Below, piece by piece: positions 1 to 12,904 of a stretch of DNA of 64,000 bases. A program made the translations under genes and the position numbers. The stretch is from Lytechinus pictus (taxonomy: Eukaryota), in NCBI RefSeq assembly GCF_037042905.1, contig NC_087246.1, positions 8,496,001 to 8,560,000 of the forward strand. Direction: 5' to 3'. A model generated the notes under the pieces. That model had not been told where the DNA came from, made no database searches, and was given only the letters and a program-made list of their open reading frames with translations. Position 1 is the first letter of the stretch, and every line of letters begins with the position of its first letter.

Positions 1-36
1 TTATCATGAAAATCAATAAAGCAAGTGCGACCTTAA

Positions 37-972
37 GGACGTTCCACAGTTAAAGTGAAATCCATGTCATTTTCACCAAACTTTGCACATAGATACTTTA
101 GAACCTTAATATTCGAAATATGCAAAAATTAACATAGGTCCATGTGCTTGATTTTTTGCTATAGAGCTTCAAAGTTCATCCAAATTGATGTTCTTAAGAA
201 TTGCGCATTCAAAAGAATTTGGCATTTTTAGACCGCCCAAGATTACTACAATGAGTTTAAACCTCTATTACTCAGTCAAAATACATGAAAAAGTCATCAA
301 ATTTCGCAAGAGAGTTATTAATTGAATCGTTAGAATGGAGAATCTATTTATAGTGCTATTTGTTTGCAATTTTAAGTTTAACAGCACTGTTAGTTCTTAA
401 AAATGACGTAAAAGATAACAAAATCCCAATCTAAAAAATGCAAAATTTCAGTAACAAACTACAAACGTACAATAAATGCTGCACTTTATTCAAAATCCAT
501 GTCATTTTCACCAAAATTTGCAGAGTTGTAGAGGAAGGTATACCTAAGAGGTACAAACATAAAAAAATAGGGGTTCATGTGCTTGTTTTTAAACTATCAG
601 CATTTTTATTAGAGCAAATGTGCTTTTTAAAACACCAAAAATGCACCGAATGCTTAGTATCTATGTGAAGAAAAAATCAAAACCACTCTACCATTTATTC
701 AAACTCGGGGTAATATTCGTGATTCTTGGCAGCACTGCAGAGTAAAGTATTTTGAAATTGTAGAGAATATTTTTTTGAATGGTCCATGGAATAATTCCAT
801 TCTTTAGCCTCATGAAATAACGCATCAGATCTGCAGTTAAAGTGCAGAAGATGAGAAAAATCAGCTCATACCCGCAGCTAATTAATCACCTGTTCATCCA
901 TTGTGACATCAGCGCGCAGAGTGTAAACTATGCGCAGATCATAATGCGCACAAACATAAATGTGGAACGTCC
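37..972. mobile_element. Non-autonomous DNA transposon with TTAA TSD (Kolobok-like)
   Basis: Perfect 12-bp TIR GGACGTTCCACA (37-48) / TGTGGAACGTCC (961-972), flanked by TTAA at 33-36 and 973-976. RR...YY termini with TTAA fit Kolobok better than piggyBac. Confidence 0.85.
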
Positions 973-1437
973 TTAAGATATTTGATATTCTGATCTGAAA
1001 AGGGGTAAATTTAAGCTCTCTCTTTCAAGCACTTTGTAGGAAAATTGTGATCTGGACGTGGATCACAGTTAAAAAAAGAGCTGATATGTTTCAATATTAT
1101 TACTTTGAGTTTTGACATAGGACTGGGACATTCTAAGAACATTTTGTCATATGAAAATTTCTCTTCCTAAACGCGAGATGGAACTTGTCGATATTCCATT
1201 TTTTGAAAAAGGGGCAGGTTGATTATTGCATTAAATATCTTATTTATTAATCTTATAAGCCTTATAAGAGCGCAAAATCTGTTAATATTATGGCTTAAAA
1301 ATCTTAATAAATTTATAGCACTTTGTAATGAAAAAGATGCATGAGTTAATATATGTTCAACAATCAATGCGAGTGCAAATCGCAAGCCAAAATTTTTGAT
1401 AACCTGTCATGAAAGGATGATTTTAAAAAGTGGTTCT

Positions 1438-1500
1438 GACTCTCGTCTTTCAAACAGAGGGTCGTGGATTCGAATCCTAGCCATGGCATGTTTTCCTTGT
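1438..1500 (+). mobile_element. tRNA-derived SINE head fragment
   Basis: GACTCTCGTCTTTCAAACAGAGGGTCGTGGATTCGAATCCTAGCC: B-box-like GTGGATTCGAATCC after an anticodon-like stem. No complete cloverleaf. Confidence 0.55.
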
Positions 1501-1574
1501 GGGATAACAATGCAATTCCCGTGTAAAACAAAATCATCAATAGGTGCTATTGACAGCTCATTACGAAAATAGTA

Positions 1575-1870
1575 GAAACTTTGTCAAATGGGTCAGAAGC
1601 CATCATTTCTTTCCAATTTGTGATCAAATTGCTTGCTTACAAAGACTCAACGCATCACCTTTCTTGGTCACGATCTGAATTTCGCTTAGCTTCATCGACT
1701 TTGGCATCGCTTTCTTGCTCACAAAATTCATGTGTTGCTCAGCGGTCCTCTCTTCACGGCTAGTACGCTCCATAGTCAGTAGGGGATGGCGAGACGGGTA
1801 TTCTGCTTGGTTGAACTTTTTGGCTTCATATGCAACAATGATATCATACTCTTGAACCTTCAGGCCCAAG
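1575..1870 (-). pseudogene. Gypsy LTR-retrotransposon pol fragment (RNase H-integrase junction)
   Basis: LKVQEYDIIVAYEAKKFNQAEYPSRHP...AEQHMNFVSKKAMPKSMKLSEIQ resembles the LQ-YDF...N-ADYLSR motif and downstream linker of Gypsy pol. Confidence 0.6.
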
Positions 1871-2329
1871 AGTTTTGGTGCCCCTCCCCTTCCCCCCAAT
1901 TGGGAATGTCTGTACAATGAGGTGGCCATTTTACTTATTTTTGCTAATTTGGCAAACAAATATGTGATGCATCTCATCGAAATGAGATCGAGACAAGTCG
2001 CCAGAGATCTAATATCTTAGAAAATCAACAAACTATTAAAATTTTCAAATTTTCCTCTATTTTTCTTAAATTTTCAATTTCATTGTAACTATAAGTACTT
2101 AATACATAAATCAACGGATAACTTTTATCTGTCCTGTAAGTTCTGTTTCAGGCCACCAAATATCAAGAATATTGATTAAAATGGCCTAATGTGGCTGCTT
2201 TGGAAAAGGGTTATCCTGCTTATGTCTGAAAAGAAAACAAAAAATGCACATATTTCATAGTCTATACCAAAAGCAGTCAGTCTATACCAAAAGCAAGTTA
2301 TCTAAAAGAAGGAATTTATGAGCTTTGTA

Positions 2330-3565
2330 TGAGCTTTGAGTGAAGACTCATCTTCTCCATGAGGATATTCAATATCTCAGTACCTCTGTTGTGTAACTTT
2401 TTTTCTCTCTTCATTTTGGGTATTCCCACTGCAGTATCTTCTTCACCTCTTTGACAGATGAGTTTATGTTTGTTGCGAAACTTATCACCAATTCTCCTTT
2501 TCCAGGATTCCTATTTAAATCAGAGATAAAAAAGATGCTTCATCTAGTATTGAAATTAGTGAGGCTATGAATTTTGTACAAGCCGTTTCCTTCAGAATTG
2601 ATGCAGAATTGTTGAAAATTCAAGCATGTACAATGGGCACATTGGAATGAAGGTGAGGAGGAAGGTGAGGAGGAAAGTTCTTCAACCTCTGCTGTAACAT
2701 TTGACCTTGAGGTGACCTTCAACTCCCCCAGGAACATCTACCATCCAAGTCTGGTCACAAATGGGCATACGTGGATCAAAAGTTATGAGCTGTAATACAA
2801 AACTTGCCCTAAAGACTTAACTTTGACCCATGCTCATCATCACCTTTCACCTTGAGCGAGGTGACCCTCATGTTTGGTAAAATGTGAAATAACTTTGCAT
2901 ATAACCATGCTTCCCTCCAAGTTTGATTAAAAGCCTTGAGTACAAAGTTATTCAAGTTTTGTGTTACTGCGAGGATAAATACATGCATCCGCTTTCCCAT
3001 TTGAAATTCCGGCATACTGCTATACAATAATGGTGAATAATGCTGTGCGCAGTGTTCAGCTGGTAATGTTGAGAGTCAATTATCTCTCTTTAACAGCTTG
3101 TGCAACACGATAGTAAAATTACCAGGGGTCTGTGTTAGTTCTACATCAGAAATCATTACTCTGAATTGGTGTATGCTACTGTAGAACATCATTTGCTTGT
3201 TTCGATGAGGTCCATCAACTATTACAATTATGTTGGACAGGATTTTGTGTACATAAGAACACTGATTTCACTATAAATTGGAAGCATTGTTATTCTTACA
3301 CCTGAAGAGGAAATATCCTCTTTCGCAGTTTTAATGCCAATTGATGCAGCTTTGTAAAAGTCTTCACACTGCTTCTGTAAGCTTGAATTGAGTATAAGAC
3401 TAAAGCTTACTCTGCGACATTTTCTGGTCACTCTGACCACTAGGATCTTTCTTTACCCTGGATTCACCTTCTCAGCAAATTCTAAAATCTGCCCAGACAA
3501 CTTTGGCCACATTGTGAAAAGGGCACCAGGAGCTGCAGGTTTGTCAGCCCCAAATCTTCCATTTT
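2330..3565 (-). pseudogene. Degraded spliced SAMD3-like transposon accessory gene (EnSpm-associated type)
   Basis: Broken minus-strand translations in order: MLPIYS, FYYRVAQAVKER, then after an AG acceptor near 2511 ESWKRRIGDKFRNKHK and PHGEDESSLKAH. These resemble motifs recalled from SAMD3-like proteins of animal EnSpm elements. Many stops. Confidence 0.4.
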
Positions 3566-4007
3566 CTAAAATAGAGATTAAACACGATTTTTCAGTGCAC
3601 TGCAGCGGTCTCCTGATCGATCAGACTTGACGCCATGTTCCGACCACTGCGCACGCGTACGTACGTAGGCGCTTTACGTCATGCGCAGATCTTTAACAAC
3701 TCTTGTTCAAGCCTTTTCTCTACGGACCTTAAACAGGTCCATTCGCCGTTGTTTTATACAGATATTATTAAAGTTTCAACATGTGCAGTTCATAAAATTA
3801 TACAGCATCTCTTGTACAGCAATATTTTGCACAGCGTTTTTACTGTGACAACATTTTTGAAGATGAAATTGAAATCACTGATATGAAAATCAGCAAAAGT
3901 ATCATAATCACAAATACAGCTTGTCACAATTTAGCAGATCCAACTTTATATGGTCTGTGATTACTATTTATAGAAACAAAGAATATTAAAGCATTAATTA
4001 ATTGATA

Positions 4008-5220
4008 TCATTCTCGTAGCATTGTAAAGTAGTGAGGTAGCTGATCATAAAAAGCCTGGTGGACTGGGTGCCAGACTACAGGTGTAGTGCCGCTGCAGAG
4101 GGCCTTGAGATCCTGATATTTACCCAAAGATAGCTTTGGTGGACCATTCATGTAGAGTGGACCGGATGTTACTTCAGTGAATTCTTCTGCACCTCTCTGT
4201 GTCTGGTTTGTCCTGATCACATCAAATTCTTCATCAGTGTGAGAATACTTGAAGTACACGGATTCTACTTCACCTTTCAATACCTACATAGCCATGAATT
4301 TTTCCAGTCTACTGTTTCTCCACCCTCAGAGGTTCGAACTCTAAAGAATACCTTTCTTTTGACCAACAGACTTCCAATCATCAATATCCTTTGATTGGAC
4401 CTCCACTACATGATGAGGATGGGGCTGAAGACGAGCCATCAAACAATTGGTGCTCAATTGAGTCGGCACCATGACTTCTTTCACACGGCTAACACTTCGT
4501 TCAATGGCGCTGTGCATGGAGTCGCCTTCACTCTGGCCGTGGTTTGTAGGGAAGTAATTAACCGTGACTGATTCAAGGGACCTAGCCTTTCCAATGAAAT
4601 GTTGCAGCATTGTTGGGATGATGGAGTTCTTGTTTTGACTGACACGTCCATCACAGTAGAACTCTACTTGTTTCACACCCCTCTCATCATTAAGACTTCT
4701 AAGGTACCGATGGACATGTGAGGCAATTTCACAGTATCCTCTTTTTGTTTCACACTCGTGTGAAAGAAAACACCACCTGTCCTTGTTTGCAAGTTCATAC
4801 ACTGTAAAGTGGTAGTTGCTCAGTCTACGGTTGTAGAAAATATCAGATTGTTGGGATTTGGGCAAGTAAATGACCTGCTCCAGATCAAAAACTGCAGAGG
4901 TAAAAGTTTTTCAACTGCAGCTCTTTGCTTTGAAAGATTCTTCAACTCTCTCACCTTTACTTTCTCTGCAATGTGAGCTTCATATGCCCCTGCAACTTCT
5001 TCGCTCTCTTTGGGATTCCCACGTCTGTAGGTTTCGCACAAGGGGCACATGTCCTTTTTCGGATGATGAAACTTGATATTTCCTTCAGAACATTCCTGTA
5101 AAGAGATAAAGAAGCACATTTCTCTGTACATGCTGTGGTTGAAATGTACCGCGGTACATGATCTCAGCATTTAGATCTTCGGAAAGGTATTCACATCGAC
5201 TGTTCGCCCGACAATAATTA
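4008..5220 (-). pseudogene. Sola (Sola1-like) DDD transposase, 5'-truncated and frameshifted
   Basis: Motifs in order: NYCRANSRCEYL, FHHPKKDMCPLC, FDLEQVIYLPKS, FYNRRLSNYHFTVY, KRGYCEIAS, YCDG..QNKN, HGQSEGDSMHSAIE, YFKYSH, KYQDLKALC. Split over at least 4 frames. Confidence 0.8.
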
Positions 5221-5374
5221 GCAATGATGTGCAGAGGAATCGGCTTGCGGTGTATGCTGAATATCAGAAAATTAAAGAACAAAAAACGGGCTTGAATAAA
5301 GACTCTAAAACAAATTTTAGAGCACTTTTGAAAAATTATTTGTAATGAATATGCAAAATGGCTATGATACATAC

Positions 5375-5570
5375 CAACAATAAACTCGACCTTTCTCTGA
5401 TCTAGGACTTGTTTCTCGGGTTCTCCTTCCCGCTGACGTGTCCCAGTTGCCACTGACGACCTCATCTCTTCAATGGTAAAGAGTGTGTTCATTAAGGCAC
5501 ATACCATTTTGGAGGCCTTTGCCGACTGGTTTACCAGTCTTAGTTGTGTGTCTGTCAGGAACTCTTGTGT
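5375..5570 (-). CDS. Exon encoding BEN-like domain (EnSpm accessory gene)
   Basis: tttag acceptor and GTATGT donor. Translation TQEFLTDTQLRLVNQSAKASKMVCALMNTLFTIEEMRSSVATGTRQREGEPEKQVLDQRKVEFIV matches the BEN pattern L..LFT.EE...S..G....K..LD..K...I. Confidence 0.7.
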
Positions 5571-6199
5571 CTAAATGTAACAAAAAAAAAAAAAACATGG
5601 ACATGGACATGTTTTAATTCTTTTGCCCTTAGGAGGTCTCCCATCAAGGATTATTGCAAGATATCGCTTAGAGGAAGGAGAAAGGTTAAGTTTTATGTTC
5701 ACATTAATTTGATTTTTGATAAAGCCAAACTTGCCAAAGTTTCAAGTCAAATCTAGTTCTACTCAGAGAGAATTCTACTTTACGCAACTAAAAACAAAAA
5801 CAGAGAATATGAAAATTGAAGGGTTTCATCATTTCACACCTCTCATTTCTACTTCATGTATAATATCAACCAAGCGAGGTAAATTTAAGTTGAATGCAAG
5901 GTTGACAATAAATATACACAAATATATATTTGAAATCAAATTCCAGTGCGGTAACATCTTCAGCAATATAAATATAAATAAACATGTATCAACCATAGAT
6001 GTTAATGTATCTGATCATTTTTTTGGTGTATTGAGCCATTTTGGCATTGTCCACCCCCCCCCCCCTCCCCACCGCTTCCATCTATATTCAGCGATTATTT
6101 TATGTTAAACAGTGATGTTCATAATTATAACACAGGAAATGCTCAAAATATCCATCTCCTTCTTAATTGCACATCTTGTACCGGTACAAGTAATTCCTT

Positions 6200-6300
6200 A
6201 AAAAGCTGTGTGCGCTATGAACGCCTAGCTTAGCCGGGTAATGTAGGAGCGCCTTGAGCACCTAACAAGGTGGATATGTGCGCAATATAAATATCCTATA
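6200..6300 (+). mobile_element. SINE 3' fragment
   Basis: GCGC...GCTTAGCCGGGTAAT...GCGCCTTGAGCACC...GCGCAATATAAAT is similar in organisation to the SINE body at 61190-61390. Confidence 0.45.
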
Positions 6301-6562
6301 TATTGTACCAAATCGTACATATTTAATAAAGGTCCAGTTCTCTGGAATGACATTCAAACTTAACTTAAGAATAGTAAATCTGTAAGACAATTTAAACGAT
6401 TATTTAAGAAGTACCTTTTTGATTGAATACGTGTGTCTGTTTTTAAAGTGGAAATACATTAATAGAATTGAATTGAATAAATCAATCTTTATCATTCAGA
6501 ACACTTAACTTGTAGGCAAATGGTCACATCAGCACAAATATAACAATGAATGAAGTACTTAC

Positions 6563-6800
6563 GTCTGGTGCATCAGATTTTCTCACTGGTGGCGGAGAGG
6601 GCGTGGGCAGAGATGACGTGGGTGTAGAGGACGTAGGCGGTGAAGATGGAGTTGCCTGAAGATACGGCAGGGGGTGTGGCATAGTTGGGCGCCTGACCTT
6701 TTCCCTCAGTGCATCCCGCACTGCCTCTGATATCGCATCTTTTATCATCTGCAGTTCCTTTCCCACCTCCTCCTTGACGGCAGCTCTAATTACTGCTTTC
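6563..6800 (-). CDS. Exon of EnSpm accessory gene (helical segment plus Pro/Ser/Thr linker)
   Basis: KAVIRAAVKEEVGKELQMIKDAISEAVRDAL...SPPPVRKSDAPD ends at a consensus GTAAGT donor in phase 0, joining in frame to the BEN-like exon. The acceptor side is unclear. Confidence 0.65.
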
Positions 6801-7437
6801 AGTTATTTTCAATGAAATTGCAATATAGCATTTAATTAATAAAAAATAGCGAGCACTTAATTTATCACATAATGAAAATCATGCACATTTTCTAAAATGA
6901 AACGTTTAAAGTAGAAATCATGCACCCCAACAAAAATTTAGTATGAATAGAAAGAGAATCATCTAATGAGCAGAGTGCTGAAACTGTCATAAATACTGGA
7001 TGTAAAATAAAGTTATAACATTTTAAAGTTTTGCTTGTTTTCACAAAATAGTTAATGCACAAGTTGACAACATGGATTGAGGTTTAACGACAGTACCAAC
7101 ACATTGTGTCATAGAAGTGTCTGAATATTAATCTGTAAAGCTATGTTAAATGGTAGGATTTGTTTTCTTAATGTTATGCAAATAAGCTGATGATGTCATG
7201 TAACTCATAATGTACATGACTCATAATATATTTCAAATTTTTGCAGATTTTAAAGTTTAGAAGCTCTTCATTGAATCACAATATGTTACAACAATGCAAA
7301 TTACACATGTTCAGGAATAAATCATATTTTGTTCCACTTTATTATAAGGAAACAATAAGTATTTAATATTTCATCTTAAAATCAAAAGAAATAGTTAGTG
7401 ATCTCATTGGTTCCCTTGTAATTTGCAATTTTGCATA

Positions 7438-9249
7438 GGGGAAGGCGAGGTAAGTTGTGACACTTTGCATTTTGCATGCTAGAATTGATATGACTAATAA
7501 TATTGTAGAAATAAGTACCTATCCTTTAGATTTGATTCTTCGGAAATATTTTTCATCTTTATACAACTTTCTACCCCCACACTGAAAGTCACTGTGACCT
7601 TTGAAAAAAAAGAAAAAATGTCAAATGGCTGAACTTGCCCCATCTATGGGGTAAATTGTGCCACCTTCTGGGGTAAGTTGAGCCACAAAAACTATGTACA
7701 AAATGTATGCGGGAAGTGCCATCATGTCATTTTTTATTTTTCGTCTTTTCACTGGCTAAATTTCTATAAATACTAACATCCTCTAAATGTAAGAGAATTG
7801 TCATGTGAATTTGCTCCTTTCTGCCTGCATATCAATGGATTTTTAAGGTTTTTTTAATTACTATACATTACCATAAGAATGACTATGGCTCAACTTGCCC
7901 TTTGTTGGCTGGCACAAATTGCCCCAGTCCGAACTAAATGCGATATTTTCACATCCACACGTTTCTTATGCATCCATCTTTTAAAAGACTATGACAAGAA
8001 TGAGAATCCATACCTGGACTAACAATATTGTTCTTATTTCTTTATTCTTTTCAAAGACGTGTGCTGGTAAAAAGCACTTATCTATTTCACACCCATTTTT
8101 ACTTTTTTTGCTGAAATTTGTATTTTTCCCTCTAAAAATTACTTTTTGTCTCACCTGCATAGCAGAGTGAGACTATAGGCGCCGCTTTTCCGACGGCGGC
8201 GGCGGCGTCAACACCAAATCTTAACCTGAGGTTAAGTTTTTGAAATGACAGCATAACTTAGAAAGTATATGGACCTAGTTCATGAAATTTGGCCATAAGG
8301 TTAATCAAGTATTACTGAACATCCTGCCTGAGTTTCATGTCACATGACCGAGGTCAAAGGTCATTTAGGGTCAATGAACTTAGACCATGTTGGGGGAATC
8401 GACATCAAAATCTTAACCTAAGGTTAAGTTTTTGAAATGTCATCATAACTTAGAAAATATATGGACCTAGTTCATGAAACTTATACATAAGGTTAATCAA
8501 GTATCACTAAACATCCTGCATGAGTTTCACGTCACATGACCAAGGTCAGAGGTCATTTAGGGTCAATGAACTTTGGCCGAATTGGGGGTACCTGTTGAAT
8601 TACCATCATAACTTTGAAAGTTTATGGATCTGATTCATGAAACTTGGACATAATAGTAATCAAGTATTACTGAACACCCTGTGCAAGTTTCAGGTCACAT
8701 GATCAAGGTCAAAGGTCATTTAGGGTCAATGAACTTTGGCCAAATTGGGGTATTTGTTGAATTACAGCCATAAATTTGAAAGTGTGTTGGTCTAGTTCAT
8801 AAAACTTGGACATAAGAGTAATCAAGTATCACTGAACATCCTGTGCGAGTTTCAGGTCACATGATCAAGGTCAAAGGTCATGTAAGGTCAAAGAACTTTG
8901 GCCACGTTGGGGGTATTTGTTGAATTGCCATCATATCTCTATAAGTGTTTTGGTCTAGTTCATAAAACGTGGAAATAAGAGTAACCAAGTATCACTGAAC
9001 ATCTTGTGCGAGTTATAGTAGTTTTCAAAATCAGCACTGCTGCTATATTGAATCGCGTGATGCAGGTGAGACGGCCAGAGGCATTCCACTTGTTGTTTCA
9101 AGGTTGAAAACAATTTGGTGGGGTTAAGGGTTATGTAATGGGTCATCAATACATGACACCACCACAATGTATGACTCATTCGTTATCGGCCTGGGGGTGG
9201 TGGCTCAACGTGCCCCTATGCTCATTGCTCAACTTACCCCGCCTTCCCC
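7438..9249. mobile_element. TA-TSD non-autonomous DNA transposon (Tc1/mariner-pogo-like)
   Basis: TIR GGGGAAGGCGAGGTAAGTTG / CAACTTACCCCGCCTTCCCC, with TA at 7436-7437 and 9250-9251. Confidence 0.8.
8143..9094 (+). mobile_element. Helentron-associated (HINE/DINE-like) non-autonomous element with internal ~160-190-bp tandem repeats
   Basis: Starts in a T run, has subterminal inverted repeats GTCTCACCTGCA / TGCAGGTGAGAC, ends CTTGTT, no TSD, about 4-5 internal units. Second copy at 55654-57117. Confidence 0.7.
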
Positions 9250-9270
9250 TACCAACCAGAAAATTGTGTA

Positions 9271-9926
9271 TTTTTAGCTCACTTGAGCCGAGCCGTCCGT
9301 GCGGCGTCCGTAAACTTTTACATTTTCATCTTTTTCTCAAGAACAGGTTATCGGATTACAACCAAACTTGAATGGAATCAACTATATGGGTGGGGGATCC
9401 AAAGCTTTTCAAATGGTACCAGTGGCCCAAAGGGGGTCCCAGGGGCGGGGCCCCCAAGGGGCAAAACACTGTAAATTTCCAACATCTTTTTCGCCAGATC
9501 TAGAAGTCAAGCAGTCAAGCTTTAATGTGTGTGGATACCTTAATAGATGAAGAATAAAAGTTATGACAGATCCAGGGGTGACCCCCTTTGGCCCCTGCGG
9601 GGATAAAACAATTGGGGGGGGGGGACTTCAGGGAAAAGAGGGTATATTGTCTTCTGCTCCAGAAAACAGGTAATTGGATTTCAACCAAATGTGGGAATCA
9701 ACCGTATGGGTGGGGGATCCAAAGTTGTTCAAATGGTACCCATGGCCCCAAGGGGAGGGGCCCCAAGGGGCAAACACTGTAAACTTCCAACATATTCTTC
9801 TCCAGATCTGGAAGTAGAACAGTTGAGCTTTTTGGCTTTTTTTCTAGTTAGACTTCAGAGAGCTTGCATTAAATGTGAATTTATCCTTTAGCTCAGGTGA
9901 GCGTAAAGCCCCCTGGGGCTCTTGTT
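9271..9926 (+). mobile_element. Second HINE-like family element
   Basis: T-run start, subTIR GCTCACTTGAGC / GCTCAGGTGAGC, 3' hairpin GCCCCCTGGGGC followed by TCTTGTT, and an internal ~330-bp duplication. Confidence 0.65.
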
Positions 9927-12194
9927 AATTTTTTTGGATGAAATTTAGTGAACTTCAACATTTCAAACTTTCTTATTTTACATCTGATTTTGATGAAATT
10001 TCAGCATTTTGCTTATTTGGTTTTTCTCTTTGTATTCAAATTATCTTTCTCCTTGGGGTGGACTTCCCCTGTCAGCATATTCCCCTTTTCCAGAAGAGTT
10101 AAAGTTGAGGCACAATTTGCTATCAACTGGTCATAATTGCCATATAATGACAAAGTAAAACAAATATTAGAGATACACGTAAGACTGAATACTTGCAAAA
10201 CATAATTTTATTAACTTTTCAAACTACACTGTATCTATGAACAGATATTTTTTAAATCACTCTGAAGAGAACAGCCCCTCAAAACAAAAATAATTGATCT
10301 CTACACATACATGTACAGGTAACATAATGCTGGCAAAGTACTAACGCAAATCTGTGTGTGAGACAGTGTTATTTGTGAATGTTGATATGCCAGGGCTAGC
10401 AATGGAAATTCATCCGTTTAGAGTGCCAATCCTACAATGATATACCAAGAAAGTCAGAAAAAAACTTTACATTAAAAAAACAACAACACCAATTTAATGA
10501 AAAAGCATGTCCGGAACACATAACTCTCATATAGATGTATGTCCTGAAAGAGTATCTTCTCCATCATAATTTCAGATACCATTTCCATGTGGTATATGTT
10601 TACCCTTTGATAATTAATAGGTATTCTTTGTTGTGATGTAACATTCTATTTGCATCAAAAGCATGAATGCAATGCTCTGGAGAAGATACTCTTTCTGGAC
10701 ATATGATGAGAATTTTGTTTTCCGGTCATGATTTTTCATTTAATTGGCCACAGAATCTTGCCGTAAATAATAAACTTTTAAACTGTCCTTCATGGTCTCC
10801 CTGGTCTTCAGTCTTTTTCTTCTTTAGAAGCTCTGCCATAGCAGATCTGTCAGCTTTCCCAACCCGCAACCAAAAATGGAAATAATAAAATGTGAACACA
10901 TATGGAATATGTTCAGAATTTTTAAAAGAATTCTGCTGCGATTTTTTTGTGACCGCGCCACTCACATTTAAGTCTCGCATATCTTTTGAGTTCAAATTTG
11001 CGACGCCTGGGTATGCGGTCATGTGCAAATCCAATGCAATTCTGTATCTAGACTAGGAATCCAGACAAAATTCATAAGTGTATCATTATTTTTACTTTTT
11101 CTAATGATTTTTTTTATTGAAATAGTACCGCCAACACTTTCCAATTCCATCAAATTTTTTTAAAGTAGAAATTTAAGAGCAATTTTTTGAATCACCAGCA
11201 ATGTCAACTTACAATAAATTCCCATAAAGCTGTATTCAGATGAATAAAGGAAACGAGCAATTTGATTGCTGTGCAATTAAAGGTAGCTAATCCCTTTTGC
11301 ATACCTCCCAAAGACACCAACTTTTGTATCAAATTTAAGATACATGTATTTGGATCTGATCTGTGAAATTTGAGAATCATAAGTTGTGTAGAATTCAAAT
11401 AATGCACCAATTACTATCGGTGGTGTAGTCTGCATATCAGGCACAACAATACATTTAGACTTTGGTGAATGTAATATAATACTCATCATCAAAACAAAGA
11501 ATCAAAATGGAAAATCTGGCATTCAAAAATTTACTTGGCTGTGTATTTAGTTTTATTATATGGGGCAAATATCATCACACCACTAATATGAACCAGATCA
11601 GTGCACCACACATGTCTGTAAGCTAGACTATAGTAGCTTGAATTCTGGACCCGAATTTGAGATTCAAATCATTAACGGTCAAATTATTAAACTCCACAAA
11701 TAAATACCCTCCAGATTCTAAAATTACCATGTGGTATCTTAATAATGGTTCCTGCAAAACTAAAGTGTTCCTATAAATTCTTCCAAAAATTGCATGCAAA
11801 ATAAGAAGAAAAAAATAGTGATTTCAAATAAACAAATGCATGATAAATTATACTTTTAGCCCTATCTAAAACCTACAGAACAGTCTTTTCATTGCATTTT
11901 GTGTAGTTTTATACAGAAGCACTGGGGGGGGGGGCATTATGCATCCCTGCACTTTTTATGGTCACATAAAATCAATGCCATCAATGCCTGCACTCAGTAT
12001 AAAAGATGGCAAGCCTAAAATGTGGAATGCCTTAAAGCAGATGCCAAAATAATGCTAATACAATTTAAGAAACTCTGTGAAAGGAAAGGGTTTGGATGTT
12101 TTGGTTGTTATTGAGGTGGTTTGCAAATGGGATAGGGATATGCTCTCAAGAGATCAGAAAGATATGATTTTTTTTTTTTTACAATTGTGAGTAC

Positions 12195-12322
12195 CTGGAT
12201 CGATCCTTCCTACATGGTGCAGGTTTGTTAGCTGGTGAAGGTTGGGACAGGAAAAGTCTACTGCTTGATGATCCTGAAGACTGATCTTCATCATCACATG
12301 AGGCATTGCATTCAAAGGCAAG
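12195..12322 (-). CDS. Diverged Ser-rich exon of EnSpm accessory gene
   Basis: tgtag acceptor, LAFECNASCDDEDQSSGSSSSRLFLSQPSP, similar to the duplicated exons upstream. GT donor is weak. Confidence 0.5.
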
Positions 12323-12781
12323 CTACAGATAAATAGGATGCAAAGAGGAAAAAGAACAGAGTATTAAGCTTCATTAGGGAGAATCCTGATAGACCTCAAG
12401 ACCCAAAGACTGCAGGGCTGACACACTGTCTAAAGTTCTGCCAATGATAAACATAAAATCTAATTTGTGAACGATATACAGCATCACAGACATACTTTTA
12501 AGTTGATAATTTGATGCATTTTTAAAATCTGACTTAAGTCACTTATATGCATTGCCCTTTTCAAAAGACTTTGCAGGGGGGGGGGGTCTTTTTTCTGCTT
12601 GGCAATTTATTTTGGAAACTTCCTAGAGCCTGGTCTTTTAGTTGTTGCTGTTGTTGGTACATGTTAGAAGATTTTTTTGGGGAGCTCGTATGGTGGGTGT
12701 CTTTTTGATTTTTGTTCTTGTTGCTGCCACTTATGTATAAGTGTTTGTCTTTTTTTACCTCCCAAAATATTTTCAACTTGC

Positions 12782-12904
12782 CTGGGGTGACTTGGATGGC
12801 ATGCGTTCCTTGGATGTTGAGGACTGGGAAAGGATCAAGGGGCTGCTGGATGATCTATTGGACATCTCTCCTTCATCCCATGATGCACTGGACTCAAACA
12901 CAAG
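12782..12904 (-). CDS. 123-bp phase-0 Ser-rich exon (copy 2)
   Basis: ctag acceptor, LVFESSASWDEGEMSNRSSSSPLILSQSSTSKERMPSKSPQ, CAG/GCAAGT donor. Confidence 0.55.

Larger units (their letters stand above)
6908..10070. mobile_element. Old Kolobok-like MITE copy interrupted by nested insertions
   Basis: CACCCCAACAAAAA at the left end and GGGGTGGACTTCCCCT at the right end. Internal similarity to the copies at 51116 and 62214. No intact right TTAA. Confidence 0.6.

Noticed and set aside
1438..1500. Functional tRNA gene
   Set aside because: Only the 3' half with a B box is present, with no acceptor stem. Fits a SINE head.
10071..10870. Possible middle exons (RSAMAELLKKKKTED; YDQLIANCASTLTLLE)
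   Set aside because: Coding-like, but splice sites could not be established, so not reported as features.
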